Shown here: positions 34,169 through 48,361 of the stretch, one piece after another
Numbering within the stretch: position 1 is the stretch's first letter
Layout of the letters: each line of letters begins with the position of its first letter
Origin: Marsupella aquatica
Taxonomy: Eukaryota > Plantae > Marchantiophyta
Direction: 5' to 3'
Assembly (NCBI GenBank): GCA_973895155.1
Contig: OZ316899.1
Location: 12,527,934 to 12,591,933 of the forward strand
DNA length: 64,000 nucleotides
The notes under the pieces: model-generated
Databases searched by the model: none
Told to the model about the DNA's origin: nothing
What the model saw: only the letters and a program-made list of their open reading frames with translations
Made by a program: the position numbers and the translations under genes

Positions 34169-36024
34169 TGTAAGTAGTGGGTAATTCCAAAAGCATGAAG
34201 AAACTGAAAATTTTTAAATTTTTTATGGTGTTTAGACTGCAATTATTGCTAACTATAACTGAAACAACATTCAAAGTTACTAAGTTCCTAAGTTACGAGT
34301 AAACTCAGTTTACGAGTTTACTAGTTCATTGCTTTACGAGTTACACCTTAAGAGTTGACGACCCTGTGATCGTGACATCTTACGACTAGTTCAACGGGAC
34401 TCCACAACGGATGAAGAGCTCACCTTGAAAGGGAAGGAATGCAAGACATAGGCGCTCATTACTGATTTCTCTTCCACCTTACCTCTCAAACTCTGCCCAG
34501 CTTCAACCGGTATTTCAGAGATGTCAAATGGAGGCTTCACCCTTTCTATTCCAGGATGCTGAACTCTGATGACTTCCTATACCATTATCCCCAAGTATAT
34601 GCTGCTACTTGCAATAATTATGACGTGATTGGGATGTATAGAGAAGCTCTTCGAATAGACATATGTTTCTAAGGAGAAGAATGCCCCTGATGTATCCTGA
34701 AAGGCAATTGAGATGCCTACCCTACTCTCGAGGATCCCCACGCCAGGCTGAACTGATGGAAGTTACACAGAATCAAACTGTCACAGCAGTGGAGCTACTC
34801 GAACCAGATGACATCCGACAACAAGCTTGAGGAGTAGTCTAAGTGTTTTTAGTTAGTTTTAAGAGTAGTGCATCTTTCCCTATTTTTCAAAATGTGTTAT
34901 AGAGCTTTAAAAGCTATGAGACTTCTTCAATAGGTAGTCTGTACCTAGGAAAACCTGCTGGAAAAATTTCAGAGTTTTCCAGAATAGGAGTAAAAAGTTA
35001 AAAATAATTGAATTTGCTAAGTCTTTAAGTCTACCGCATTTACCGGATTACGCCTTTATGCTCTTACGCTTATATGTTTTTACGTTTTTACGCTTTTAAG
35101 GGTTTACAGGTTCTTACTTAGCCATTTCCCGGCTTTTCACTTACTGAATCGTTATTTTGACTTTTTGAGGAGTATGAAGAGGCATGTCTCTTCGACCCTA
35201 TGACCTCTTACCCTGTAGGTTTTTACTATAAGACCCCTCCACCACTAGTGTAGTTTATGGTTAAGTTATGCATTTCTGCCTCTTCCTTGTGTTAAACTAG
35301 TTGATCATGAATCTATGAGTTCAAGATCAGGTTTAACATTTGGAGAGACTTACCTCCTTATTGTGTTTTTACCTATGATTATAAACACAGGAAGTAAAAT
35401 TCCTTTTGTGCAAATCTTTTGAGTTGTAATGACAGATTCCTTGTTGGTGACTCATTGCAATTTCTTGAGTTCTTAAAGTTAACTCATTGAGTTTAAGCCT
35501 TATTGAAATTGATGGATTTTCTTTCATGTTACTTAGTACCATCTAAATGTTGAAGTAGCTACCTTTTAGATCTTGTCTGAGTACCACTTAGAAAGAAAGG
35601 ACAAGATGTGTTGACGGCACTTTAAAGGAGTACTCTAGTAAGCATTTTAGACCTAAAAAGCAATATGGATTTGAATCCTTAAGTCTTTTCATTTTGACTT
35701 ATGTCTAAGGAGCAACCTTGGTCAATTCCAGACTCCCTTAGCGTACTTTGAGATTATTTTCTCTTGTGTTTTGTTAATCATTTCCTTTTCATTAATTTAT
35801 GTTCACATGATGCTGAGTTATCATTGAAAACTACTCACCGTTGTGGAGCGATCTTTAAAATACCTTATTAAAGTAATCAAATTTGATTACTATGTGTGGA
35901 AAACATCTTTAGTTCTTTATTATTGTTTAAATCTATCAAACCAACCCCATCTTGTTCTTTACGGGAACGAATACCGAGTTTGAAGACCATTAAGTGTGTT
36001 TTTGGTTCTTCATAGCAAACTACA
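34169..36024. mobile_element. Solo LTR (1856 bp) inserted in D
   Basis: TGTAAGTAG...AAACTACA with 5-bp TSD CCAAC (34164-34168 and 36025-36029). Confidence 0.85.
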
Positions 36025-39000
36025 CCAACTCATCCGAATCAGAACCAGTCAAGCCACTTTCGTAACTCAAGTCCAACGGATGCGCCTGGACCAGTGCCTC
36101 AACTTCAAACTCACTCAAGTTGGAACTTGGGTCCATTTCATCTCTAGTTTGCGCCTTGCAAACCTTCACTCTCTCCTGTATGTCAACGACTCGATAGTCA
36201 ATCCAATCAAGATCTTGAATCTGCCTCTTCAAGTTGTGATGGATCCCTCGATTGACAACATACTCTTGAACATCCCAATACAAATCTGGCCACCAATACT
36301 CCTTTTGGATCTGCTCACAGACCTTCGCCCTTATTCCTTTCAAACCACCTTTGACCTCAACATCATAGACTTCCTCCAAAATCCGCTTTTTCTCATCCTT
36401 AGAATCGACAACTCTCCTCGGTACTAGCATGGGGCCCTTAGGTTTCCGCCAAAGGTAGCCCTCTCTAAGAATGAACTTATCAGAATTCACTCAAATGTCT
36501 TTGAACTCTTCACCATCCTGCTTAAACCGCTTCCCAAAGTCACTCAGGTACTTCCCAATGTCCAGTAGCTCTCCTGAGTAACACTCTTCCTTGAACACTA
36601 GACTCCCCATCTTTTGGTCCGCAATTGGCTCCCCTTTGAACTTTGCACTTAGATCCATCTTAGCATCTTGGTTCTCCCCCATAGCAATGCCAACTTCTGT
36701 CGCTGTTGGATCTCGCAGCTGCTTTCGGTTCCTCTCATTTCCAAGTAGAACTGCCGGAAACTAAACCACCTCCTTATCATCTTTGCCTCAAACTTTCACC
36801 ATGAAGGTAGTATCGTCCAGAACCTTTGTCTCCATCCTCCATTCAGTGATGAACGGCATGCCCAGTATCATTGGAAATGACAAGTGCTCATGAACAAAAA
36901 TGTTACAAGCCTGCTTGACATTCCCGAACTTCACCATCACATTTGGACATCCGCCCCAAAGATAGTCCTTCATTGAACTCACTGAGTTCACACTCCAAAG
37001 CAACTCATTATCCACCGGCCAATTCCCCTTTTGAAACACCTTTGGATCCATCAAGTTGATCTCCGAGCCAGTATCAATGAGCGCCCGCACCTTGCCTTCC
37101 ATTCCTTCCAACTGGCACTCGCTCTCCGGACTTGCTCGAGCCCAATATCCATCTTGCTAAGCATAACCGTTTCCTTTCATTGAGCCCATGACATGAATGG
37201 TTCTTGATTGCGCGGTAATGCCTTCTCGCTCTTTCCCTTCAGCCGGGACCCTGTTTGCCATAGACTTAGCTTCGCTTTTGGTTCCCATGAGCTCCTCTTC
37301 CGCATCAAAGAACTCATCGTCCAAGTCCATGAGCTCCTCTTCCGCATCGAAGAACTCATTGTCCATCAGCTCCCCTCCAAGGGACTTGATCCTCTTTGGC
37401 ATCCCCAAGCCTGACTCTTCGGGGCCAGCAAACTTGCTTCCTGAACCCATGGACACCCCAGCAGTGTCAGTTTGGAAACTCCCTATTTCCATCTCGCCAG
37501 CCTCCCCCATCAACATGTGAGGGCCCTCTTTGTAAATCCGTTTCCTCTTGGATCTCTCCAAGATTGCCTCATGGATCTCCCGCCTCATGCTGCCAAAGAA
37601 CTCGGCATTGGTAAACACTTGAGCCTATTGGTTCCAGAACTTCTCAGCTACAACCTCTGGGTACATAGCCTAGTCAACATCCTTGCCAAGCACCCAACCC
37701 GGATCCTTCATGATCGGTTTCCCTTTCTCCGGTTCTTTCTCAATCATTTCCTCTTCTTCGAACCTAACCCTTCTTTCCTTGTCTCGAGTATCCCGCCTCT
37801 CTCAATCCCCTGATTGAGACGGAGTGTCATCCTCGTCGGTTTTCTTCCTTTTTGACTTGACCAAGGCATCCCAACTAGCCCCAACCTCAATTGTTATCGC
37901 ATTGATCAGTATCAGGTCACTCCATCCGGATCTCTCTCGCACCAGATCCGCCAAGCGCTTGTAAAACTTGTCCGTTTCCATCACGGGGCCATCCAACTCC
38001 ACATTGTAAACATTTGCTTCCAGGTGCGAAGAGGACGCCTCTTTGACTCGCTTCCCAGCTCACTTCTCAGCCAAAGCCTTCATGCCTCCCTTGTTGGAGT
38101 TGAATTGAATCGGCTCCTCAGTATCGGCAAATGATATCTTTTTCTGACCAAATTCACCGATGAACTTGATCAGCCCTTTATCCGCAGCTTCCCTCAGGTC
38201 CAGGCACTCCCGTTTGTCATGCTCTTTGCTATTGCACCACATGCATGGCCAACTTTGCAACTCTCGCTTCCACTTGAGAGCACTCACAACCCTTGGTTTT
38301 TGGATTCTCAACCACATGTGCCACCAAGATCTTCAAGTTTTGCATCATTTCCGCGAGATCATCCACCAATGGTTTGATCTCATCCTTCGCTGGTTCTCGC
38401 TTCCCTTTCCTCAATGTTGGTTCCAGCGGCCTTAGGTCGAGAGTGGTAGCCTCCTTTTCCAGCTCTCACTACCGGTGTTGATTGCTCACTTTTGACACCG
38501 CTTTCTCAACTTGGTTCCAGTTGTCAGACAAGGTAACTCTCGAAGGTTCCAGTAGCTCCATCGCGTTCTCAAGCTCCTCTCGAAGGTCCTCATCGGCTGC
38601 CCTCAAGAAGAGCGTCGAGCGCTGCAACTCGATGATCCCCACATCCCGCTTTGGTAACTGAGACACCCTTCTCTTGAACTCCCTTAGGAGCTCTTGCGGC
38701 CCCTTCAGATTCTTGTTCCTGTCATTCACCCAATCCAAGAAGGTAGCCTGCGTGACCCGATCATCATCCTTCGCTTGGAACTCCTCTTTCATCTTCTGGT
38801 TGAAATCATCCTAGCCCTCAGCTGACTCAACGATAGTCCGCACCGTCAAACTCAACTCCTTCTCAACTAGCACCATGAACTCTTTCACCGCCGTCCCTTT
38901 GTCCAACTTGTAGACAACTGCTTTTGTCAAGTAAGACTTAAGGTAGTTTGTCACATTTCTCCCATCGAACTGCCCATTCTCCTTCAGAACCTCTTGGAGA

Positions 39001-39122
39001 CACCAAGTAGTTCTATTCGCTTCCCTGTTTGCCCTTTCCGCCTCAAGCTCTTCCTTCCTTATGGTTCTCATCATCGACATGACGATGCTTGAGATCCGAT
39101 CGACTTTGTCATAGTCACCCAT
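36020..39122 (-). pseudogene. Decayed gag-protease-partial integrase of D
   Basis: FDGRNVTNYL gag motif, knuckle CMWCNSKEHDKREC, protease ALIDTGSEINLM...ILGMPF, and an integrase-zinc-like YWWPDLYWDVQEYV fragment. Confidence 0.8.
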
Positions 39123-39163
39123 CTCATCCAATTGCCCCAAGGGATCCCCAATATGGTTGCCAA

Positions 39164-40011
39164 TGTCGCAAGGACTTATAGTTAGGGGCTCCTCGGGCAA
39201 ACTGCGCGTTTCTGGCTACGATTGGGACAGGCAACAAGCACTTTTTGAAGCGAACTCTCACTCCTTAATTTTTTTTACTTTTCTCACAAAGGTTACAATG
39301 GGTGCCCTCGAGTAAGCTTGCCCACAAGAGTCTGGTAGCTGGCCCTACGGTGGGCCGCTACCTCTAACTTGTCGAGTTGAACTCCTTGAGTGACTATCTA
39401 CTCAAGATCTGATGGAAAAACTCTCCTCCTTAGCTCACAAAACCAAAATTTGACTAGCTACTCCACTAGTCTAAAACAACTCTCACGGAACTCGGGCCTG
39501 GACCAACGAGGCTCCAAACTCAAGAAATCCCCGCGTGGATCAACAAGGCTCCAAACTTGAGAAATCCTCGCTCGGATTGACGAGGCTCCAAACTTGAGAA
39601 ATCCCCGCCTGGATTGAAAACTCCACACCTGGATCCAACACTCGCACAGAACTCCAAAACCGCCGCACAACAGTCGAGTTCCGCAGAACGGAGCGGAACT
39701 CATAGAAGGAAACTCAACAGATCTCAATAGACAACCGCCAACCTCAATGAGCCAAGGCTCAAGTCTTAAGTAGCATCGGAAACCCAACCATCCAGCCTGA
39801 GCCAGCTGCCATCAGCGAGGCTCATCCAAACTCCAAGCCTGGTGACTCACCCAAACACCAAACCTGGTGACGACGAGTCATCCAATCACCAAACCTCAAT
39901 CCATCCAACCAAGCAACCCCTCCGAGTCAGCATGCACGCAACCCAACCGGGAGGCCTCGCCCATCATCCCCTATAAAAGCCATTCCTGAGCCAAATTTTT
40001 TTGGCACGACA
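39164..40011 (-). repeat. 5' LTR of D
   Basis: Direct repeat of 33149-33993. Confidence 0.92.
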
Positions 40012-40971
40012 ACGTGAAAGCGCTTCCCACACTCTCCTACAATTCATATATAGAGGCTATCCATCATTCTTGCACTTGGCTCTTATACAATCCATGAAGA
40101 GACACATACAACACAAATGTAATAGCCTCCCCTCCCCTCCCCTCCGCCCACGCCCCCCACCCCCACCCACCCACCCACCCTGTGCTTCTTAACACGAAAA
40201 AGGAATCAAACTTGAAGTCCAACTCAAGTCTTGATCACATAAGCCTCATAGCAAGAAATCCCTGCAACTATAAATGTCACACCGTGGTGCTGGAACAAGA
40301 GTTTATGTTTAAAAGTAGGTACGCATAACGTGGAAATCGCTCTTCAGTCTCATTACCTAAAGGTCGTGTACAAGAACAATGGCAGATGCCAATACCAATC
40401 AAACTGGAAGATGAAGGATAAACTCTGCAAATCAAACATCTTTGTTGAGAATGTATTCAAGGTCGTTTGGTCATATCAAATCCAACAAAATGACATTCAT
40501 ACAAAATTAATCATACCTGGCTGAGGACTATTGCCTAAAGCAGTCCATATCCAAAAGTTCCATCGAGTCAGCTCCGTTCCCGTGTTGGGAATATGGAGCT
40601 CAATGGTACAGTTTTGAGAAATACAATCTTACCTGTTTGACAAAGGTTCAAATCAGTCTAAGTAGTGCAATCTTGCAGACCCCTCAAATTTCAAGTCTCA
40701 TCTTTCCTTCCCATGGACTAAGGAAAGAATATTCATTACGTAAAGGCTCTATTGGGGAAACCTTGCCCGGGTAGAAGAATCTCAGCTCAGCGTAACAGTT
40801 GGAGGAAGCCCTAGAAGCATAGCAGTAGCAGTATCTTCTCCGAGATCAATTCCTCCTGCTGGACTCTTTTACGAATCATCCAAGCTTTGCCATCAAAACT
40901 TGAGAATCAAAACTACAAGTTCTGAGAAGAAAAAGTATGAGAAGATCTTCCATCCAAACCCCAAAGCAACC

Positions 40972-41169
40972 CACCCTTACTGTGAGCGGGTGTGGCTTCA
41001 GCTGGAGGAGAAGCTGATCAATTACCAAGTGGAGAAAATCAACATGCGGTGCTACGGTGAGAAGCCGGATTGGTACAAGCGCATGGTGCCCTCAAGGTTG
41101 CTCCCAACGGTCATGCTGGACGGCGAGCTGCTCACAGAATCTATGGACATCATGTTGATTCTAGAGCTT
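40972..41169 (+). pseudogene. Glutathione S-transferase N-terminal fragment (iota/DHAR-like)
   Basis: HPYCERVWLQLEEK...EKINMRCYGEKPDWY...LLP...LDG...ESMDI matches the cysteinyl-GST N-domain. The CPYC motif is mutated and the flanking parts are missing. Confidence 0.75.
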
Positions 41170-43327
41170 AAGTTCTTAAGCTTTCACAAAATCAACTCCG
41201 CAGCACTTTGCTGCATACTAGTGGATAAATTTTCAGTCAAAGCATCCAAAACTGACATCCATAAGTGAATATTGCAGCTTACCAAAACATTGAAATTCAT
41301 CTTCTAAACTTTTCTTCTGGATCACAAGAGAAGACATACTTGGCTGAACTAGAAAGAGGTCCAACTAGAGATGTTGACAAATTTCGAAGAAAGCAAAGCG
41401 AGTTGAGAACCTGTAACTACGGCCACATCAGAGGTTAATAACTAAAGGGATTGAAACATATCAACCACAATAATAGTGCTAACAGATGGTATCGCCCCGC
41501 GAGAACTAAGATGACCAACATAGTAATGAGAAAGCTTTGTTACCAACTTGGAACCAGACCATATTAAGGGCAATGCCACATTATAATCATCCGATGAATC
41601 AAGTCCCAAGAAAGGCTCACCTCTTGCTCTAAACTCCGTGATAGCTTCTTGTCCATGCCTGCAAGCTTGCCTGAATCAATTAACCAACCATAGAAGTTGT
41701 AAGAAAGCGCAAGACAAAAACACTCCCTCCAAAGGTTGAGGCAGAATGTTAGAACCTCAAGGGATCAGGTGGAATAGAGCCCACGGTTCACTCCCCCTGA
41801 AACTACCGTTGATTTGAAAAGAAAACAATGACCAGAATCGATTTAGTGACTACAAGAGTTTAATTGAGGAATGCTTGTCCAGAAACTGCAACATACAACC
41901 CGTGCGCCAAGCTTTGAAGACTGAGAAACCATAAACTTGCTGAAAAACTGCTACGTGGTCCACGACAAAGGTCCAACCCAGTGTAACACTATAAGATCAA
42001 GAAAAAGACATAGGCGTGACTGCTGCAGAGGAAGGAGGACTATGCCACAAGACTCAATCATTAGCTGCCTCAGAAGTCATCAAACGCAAAGGAGTAGAAG
42101 ACCGTTTAGACCATTACTCTGTAACGGAGTAGTTATCGATCTACACAAACACAAGACCTAGAAGTTGAGACTCACAAGAATAGGCCTCTAGCGCTCCTTG
42201 TATGAGGCAGTCGCCGAGGTTGACATTGGACAGGAAAGCGTTTATTCTGCACAAGAAAAGCGACAAAAATCAAATTACAATTCAACGTTCTTATGATATA
42301 AGGTCGACATGATGAAAGACTCTTTCACAAGAACTCTCAAACAATTGGCACATACACACATGTTGAATAAATGCAGTACATAATAGCATGTTCAATTTCC
42401 ATAATTATAATTGAACATTGGGGACCGACTTGGACAGAATTGGGACTAACAACCTCCAAACTTCCATTAATAACAGAATCAAAGTACCAATGCCATACAA
42501 GACAACGAGGAAAAAAAGGAAACGAAAGGACATACAAATGTGAGAAGAAGCCTACCTTGCAAGCAGGGGGTATAACAGCGGTGACAGGAAACAGGTAACA
42601 GAATTCCTGTTATCAGGTAACTCTTAACTGGTAACAGGAAAGTCTTATGGTAAAAGTGTACTTTTTGGCTAAGTTTGCCAAAAATTAACGTCATTTTCCA
42701 CCACATCATCAAGTTGAATGTCTTCTTAGTGCCAAATGTGACGCGGTCAGATATAAGCCAAGGGTGTGGTCACAGCTGCAAAGAGAGGTTCCAAACCAAG
42801 TGTCCATCTGTTCTACACACAACTAGATTTTGTTGCGTCGGATGCTAACAATACCTCCTCATACGTTTATAACTACGTCCGACGTAACGGCGATGTCGGA
42901 GAAATCTAAGCGCCGATTGCCCCCATTTTAACGTCGCTGGAAACACGTTTAAAATTAACGTCTCTGGATGAGCTGTCCTAAACGTCATTTTGGTCGTCGT
43001 TCAATATTAACGTCGTATTAGAGGACATAATGTGTTTAGGGTATAACAACGTCAATGTTTACGTCGTGGAGGGAGCCGTTAAAGTGGTAACGTTGCTCTG
43101 TAGGACGTTCCAATTGAATCAAGCCATGTTAGACGTTGAGTACATTGGTGTGGACGACTTGAATGAGGAGTAGTCCATGCTGACTCGAGTATAGCTTCGG
43201 TTTTCTATGGGAGGATTTTGGTTTAAGAGTGCTGAGACCAAAGTATGCTTGCGTTTGTGATTTTTGGAGAATGCACTCTTCCTGAGTACAGAGAAATTGC
43301 AGCGTGGGATAGACTCAGTATTCAATC

Positions 43328-43858
43328 ATGGTGCGCAAGTTCTTCAAGGATGTGCATTGTTGCTTCCTTCCACTTGGTGAAGAGGACAAGACTATCCGTG
43401 GGTTCTTTTGTCGGGGAGGCGTTATTGAGAAGTTGTGTACCTCAAAAACAGACTACTTGCTGGCCTATACGTGGAAAGAAGTTGTTGAGCACTTCAATGA
43501 CTACCATGGATTGATCGAGCACTTTGCAGAGACAGTTCATTTCATTTCTATCCGTTGGGTAGAGTGCTCAATTATGGCCAACAAACAGTTAGATCCAGGA
43601 GACTTCCTGCTACATCCAGGTGATGATCAGATGTTGGATGAGGCGCCCAACCCAGATGATGGGGAGGCATATCCACCTACATTGCCCAAATGTGAGCTGT
43701 CTCCGACTGAGCTTCACATTGTCTTGTATGATTACAAGGAAAGTTGTGCAGCTGAGGTTGAGGCTGAAAGGCTAAAGGTTGGGGAAGAGGTCGTCCGGAA
43801 GAAATGGAACCAGAGGCAGAGGCGTGATTCTTACAAAAGAAGGAAGGCAGATGATTGA
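43328..43858 (+). CDS. Unknown ORF inside the CACTA element (176 aa, possibly 5'-decayed)
   Basis: Open frame with protein-like composition and a basic C-terminus. No family recognised. Confidence 0.4.
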   Translation: MVRKFFKDVHCCFLPLGEEDKTIRGFFCRGGVIEKLCTSKTDYLLAYTWKEVVEHFNDYHGLIEHFAETVHFISIRWVECSIMANKQLDPGDFLLHPGDDQMLDEAPNPDDGEAYPPTLPKCELSPTELHIVLYDYKESCAAEVEAERLKVGEEVVRKKWNQRQRRDSYKRRKADD

Positions 43859-44407
43859 GGAGTACTACTGGTCTGGTGAAGGAACTCCTTAAGTAGCAAC
43901 AATCTGGATGTCAATGGATGAGGCAGTTTAGTGATTTGGCTAGGTTATAGTCGCTTTGTGGTGGACATGCAATGTGCTTTGTAGGACCTTTGTATCTCTA
44001 TATCATACTGAATCTGAATAAAGACTCCCTCATGTTTTTCATTTTGAATGCATGTGCCAATTAATGTCACCACTGTCATTAACATCGCGCGGATATAGTA
44101 ACGTTGCAATACACGACGTCTTTGGTTTAATACGTACCCTAAAACAACGTAAGTTAGTTTAATGTCGTTTTAAGTGGAGAATCAACGTCGTGTGGAGTAA
44201 CGTAAACTGGGTCGTGGCTAAATTAACGTCTTTGAAGGCTCAATAAAACGACGTTAATTGGAATTAACGTCTGGCTGGTACGACGTAGTTTGAAGATACA
44301 TTGGTCTACCGAACGTAATAGTCATACAACGACGTTACCCACAGATGCTACAAACCCACATGAAGGTGGCCATAACAAATATATACATGCACTGAATACA
44401 TTTATGG

Positions 44408-47400
44408 TCATGGATCCATATCATCTACAATTACTGAAGCCATCAAACCCTTCCTCCGTCGTGGGAAGATGGGAATGACGATGGACCATCCTCTCATAGT
44501 GTGCATCGGAACCATAATACACTGATCCACCTGGCTAGGAAATACTATAGTGTCACTAACCTCAGTCCCAGATGGTGCTACACGAGTTGTGTCTACCCGA
44601 TAGAACCCACACTCATCTTTCACCATGGTGGCTCTATGTGGAGGTGACATGATGGATTTGTGCCACCGCACCTCTAACACAATAGTAGTAAATGACCCAA
44701 AGTGAACGTCTAAAATATCCAATATAGTGCCACAATAGGGAATCTCAACATCACCTGGGTCTGTCAACATGAACACTCCTGAGTTACATGTACTCTTCTT
44801 CATGTGATCTGTCCTCCAAGTGCGAAAGTGGTGCCCTAACTCATACATGTGTGTATGGGTCGTTGCCCACAACCCTGGTCCCCTAATGATGTTCTGTACA
44901 TCAATGGGAATGGATAAGGGTCCATGCGCTGCAAGGAGCCTATCCATGCGCTCCAATGCCCATACGCAAAATAATGCATACCGTCGTGCAACTATCGGTT
45001 GCTGCTCCAAGAATGCACTGCAAAAAATGTATGAATCCATGAGAATATTGCGACCTCATCCACAGAAGTGCTCCTTGAACCCACTCTAACTTCTACACAC
45101 ATAGAATGTAGAACAACGTCTATTGTTAGATTAACATATATATAGAGTTGCATATATGTACCTATGCAACTCCCTCCACTGAGACATCTCTGGGCGATTT
45201 CCCAACACATAATTGTGGATCTATAGGCAAAGTATGTTGTCATGTAGTGAACGCTTTTTTGATGCACCCATCAAACGCAACCCACCATTGTCATCATCTT
45301 GTGCCTCTTCCCAAGCTGTGGGAGCTTCTGTGTCCAAACTCCCTATCATCCCTCCGGAATAAAAGAGGCACTCCGACATGATATACCCCGTTGCCATACT
45401 TCCCTCTGGTCGAGCTGGTTGACGCACCATGGACTTGAGCACTTTCATGAAGCGCTCTACCCAATACATCCAACGTGCATGGACAGGACCAGCAATCGCG
45501 ACCTCATCCACCAAGTGACATAGTAAATGCAATTGCGTGTCAAATATGCATGGGGGAAACACCTTCTCCATATTGCACATCACGCGAGATGACCTCTCCC
45601 TCATCAAAGGAATCTCAGACTCCTTTATCTCCTTAGCGCATACCCACCTATGTTCCTCCTCAAAACCATCAAAGATTTTGTATATCAGATCCACATAGGG
45701 CCATAGAAAAATGAGTTTGAAATACTTGTTGAATTACATGGCTCCTCAAGCGGTAACAAGAACTTGCAAGAGAGCAATGGAAGAGAGGGTACGTTATCAT
45801 ACCTAAAAATGGAGCACATCTCATATATAGTCAGACGGAGTAAACGACGCTCCCGGGAATCATCACAACAATGCAACACTGCTGGTAGCACATGTTGTAT
45901 CAACTTGTGATAATCATGAGACTTCAACCCTATTGGGGGTATGTGATCATTCCTTGTAGTGCACCCACAAAAACTAGCTCTGTAATGGCTAGGGAACTTC
46001 ATCTCGCTTATCATCCCATTCATGTCCTTCAAAACCTCTCTTGGAAAAATCCAAGGACCAGGAGGTTTCTCCCCAGTACGTGTTATCCAACAACTCTTCA
46101 CTACTCCAACCCTCTCAGCATCCTCTCGGACTCCACGAGTGTCATTCGTCCCATAAATGTGCTTCACCAAGTTCTTAGCAACATTCACTTCAATGTGCAT
46201 GGGGTCCAACAACCATCAAACCTGGAGTCTCTGGAAATTGAAATAACATATTGAATCAGTTGCAATCTCTAAATTAAGCATTTTATTGGTCTAATTTGCT
46301 GTAAAGGAACCATGCACTTCTATCACTTACCCTCCAATAAGGCAAGTCCCACATAGCTAAGCGTTGGTTTACTCCACAATCCTTGGGTTTCAGTAACTTT
46401 GCTTCCACCTTCTCTGCCATTTGAATTCGTCCTTCAGCTGAAGGGCCATTAGGACATGGCCGCACTTCAGTCTCTGCCCAATGTGTTGTGTTTTGTCGCA
46501 AGTGGTCATCCATTGCCAACCGGACCCTACTGCCCTCATATGTGGTTTTGTGCAGTAGTCTTGGGTACCTCCCACGCAACTCTGGGCCACATGAAGGGCA
46601 AGCTGAAAAACCTGCCACCTTCAGGCCATATATTGTCCCCATACCTGCCATTTCATTGAACCATGTTCAGACCACAAATAACCCCAACACTTGCATTGTA
46701 CATGACATTGTGCAAACAATAGTCATTGGGTTGCCCAATGAATTACCTGGACCATCTGTGGTGCAATGAGTGATCATCACCCTCATATTGAAGGTCCTGC
46801 CATTGCCTGCTTCACGAGTGACATCTGTTGTCACTGCTCCAACCTCCCATAGATTATGTAGCTCTTCATAAGCTGGAGCCAAACAGATATCAGGATTCTT
46901 ACAGGCCTTGGGTCCAGGAATTATAGCTAATAGAAGCACATGACCCTTCTTCATTGCCAACCATGGAGGGATGTTTTGATTTATCAAAAGAACAGGCCAG
47001 ATGGACTTAGGCTTCCGTCGTTGTTTATACGGGTTCACTCCATCGATTGCCAACCCCAAACAAACATTTCTTGGCTCCTGGGCAAAATTTGGCCAAGTGG
47101 CATCAATGTGCTTCCACGTTGGACTATCTTGGTGGTATTGCATTATCCCTGGTGGGGATTTGTTCTCCACATGCCAAGTCTGTAGTGTGGATAAGTGCTT
47201 TTGTCGGTAGAGATGCTGAAGTTGGGGAGTGATTGGGAAATAACGAAAAACCTGCCAGATCCAATGTAACGTCGTCAATTTGACGACAATCACACTAAAC
47301 GTCCTTCCACACTACGTATTATTAAAACTAACATCGTGGAGGACGACGTTTCTTACATACGATGTACCATGCGACGTTAGTTATTGCATCCCATACGACG

Positions 47401-48361
47401 TAAAAACAAAAAAAACGTCAGGTGGAAAGACATAAAGTGAGATGGATGACGTAAAGTAATCAATTACATAGTCATGTACGACATTGTTTGAAAGAATGCA
47501 ACGTTAAAAGTTGAACTTTCTTGTTCTCACATTGCGTTGAGGAAAACATTACCTTTTCTGCAATCTTGTCTCCAATGGCGTCTGGTCGATACCGTGGAAG
47601 CCTACAATGCTCCTCTGGGCAGTGAGTGTGATCCTTGTACACCCCTCTATACAAGATGCACCCACCTGGGCACATGTGGATAGTCTCTAAAGCCAATCCA
47701 ATTGAGGCTAACAACTTCTTAGCCTCCCTCACACATCCAGGGAGAGTGTTTGGTTGGGGCAAGAGTTTTCCATGGAACAATTGGAAGAGTGCATCTGTAT
47801 GGACATCTGAACCATTGAAAACTCCTTGCAAATTCAACATCAACAAAGTTGCACCCAACCTGGATTTGCAAAACCACAAACACCAGACTTTTTGCAGTTA
47901 GTCCAAGTAGCTAGATGGCATGCCTGGCACTACAACTTAGACTGCCCAATATTCACTGGATGAAATTCCAGAGTTGTGATAATTTTAGGACAACCTTACA
48001 GTGAGGATGGAGATCCCTCAAATAGTGGTGTTCTGGCTTCAGTCTCCAAGTGATCCCAATCTTCTTGATCCACTTCCATGATAGGGTGCTCGGCGTCAGG
48101 TGCACGAGGTCCAAAGTGAACGTCAACAAGGTGGGCAAAGGCATCTTCTTCAAGGATAGGGTCATCTCCCTCATCTCCCTCGTCGTCAACATCATCATCC
48201 AACTCTCCATCATCATCCAACTCTCCATCATATGCGTCATGGTACTCCTCATCCTCATCGTCCATCTCATCATGGTCAAGGGGCTGACCCTCAGCATCCT
48301 CCTTGTCTGAGAAATGTAAGGTGGCACGTACATGAAAGGCACGGGCTGATGTAGTCATCAT
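44408..48361 (-). pseudogene. TnpD/Tnp2-type CACTA transposase, multi-exon
   Basis: IHMCPGGCILY...CP..C...RY, RYFPITPQLQ, PRNVCLGLAIDGVNPY, LDPMHIEVNV, GLKSHDYH, HLLCHL...GPVHARWMYWVERFM..LK...RPEGSMA..Y and DECGF (Transposase_21/DUF4218/DUF4216-like). Confidence 0.9.

Larger units (their letters stand above)
33149..40011 (-). mobile_element. Gypsy element D, internally deleted (no RT/RH)
   Basis: LTRs 33149-33993 and 39164-40011 (TGTCGC...CACGACA). ACGT on both flanks. PPT GGGGGAGGA at 33994-34002 and TGG-initiated PBS-like sequence at about 39146-39162. Confidence 0.9.

Noticed and set aside
34169-36024. Possible gene inside this solo LTR, as in A, B and C
   Set aside because: No ORF of 60 aa or more lies fully inside it, and no recognisable homology was found.
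40124-40180. C-rich tract (potential G-quadruplex on the minus strand)
   Set aside because: Simple low-complexity sequence with no supporting context.
43328-43858. BAH or other chromatin-reader domain call
   Set aside because: Only a vague resemblance by eye. It cannot be supported without a profile search.
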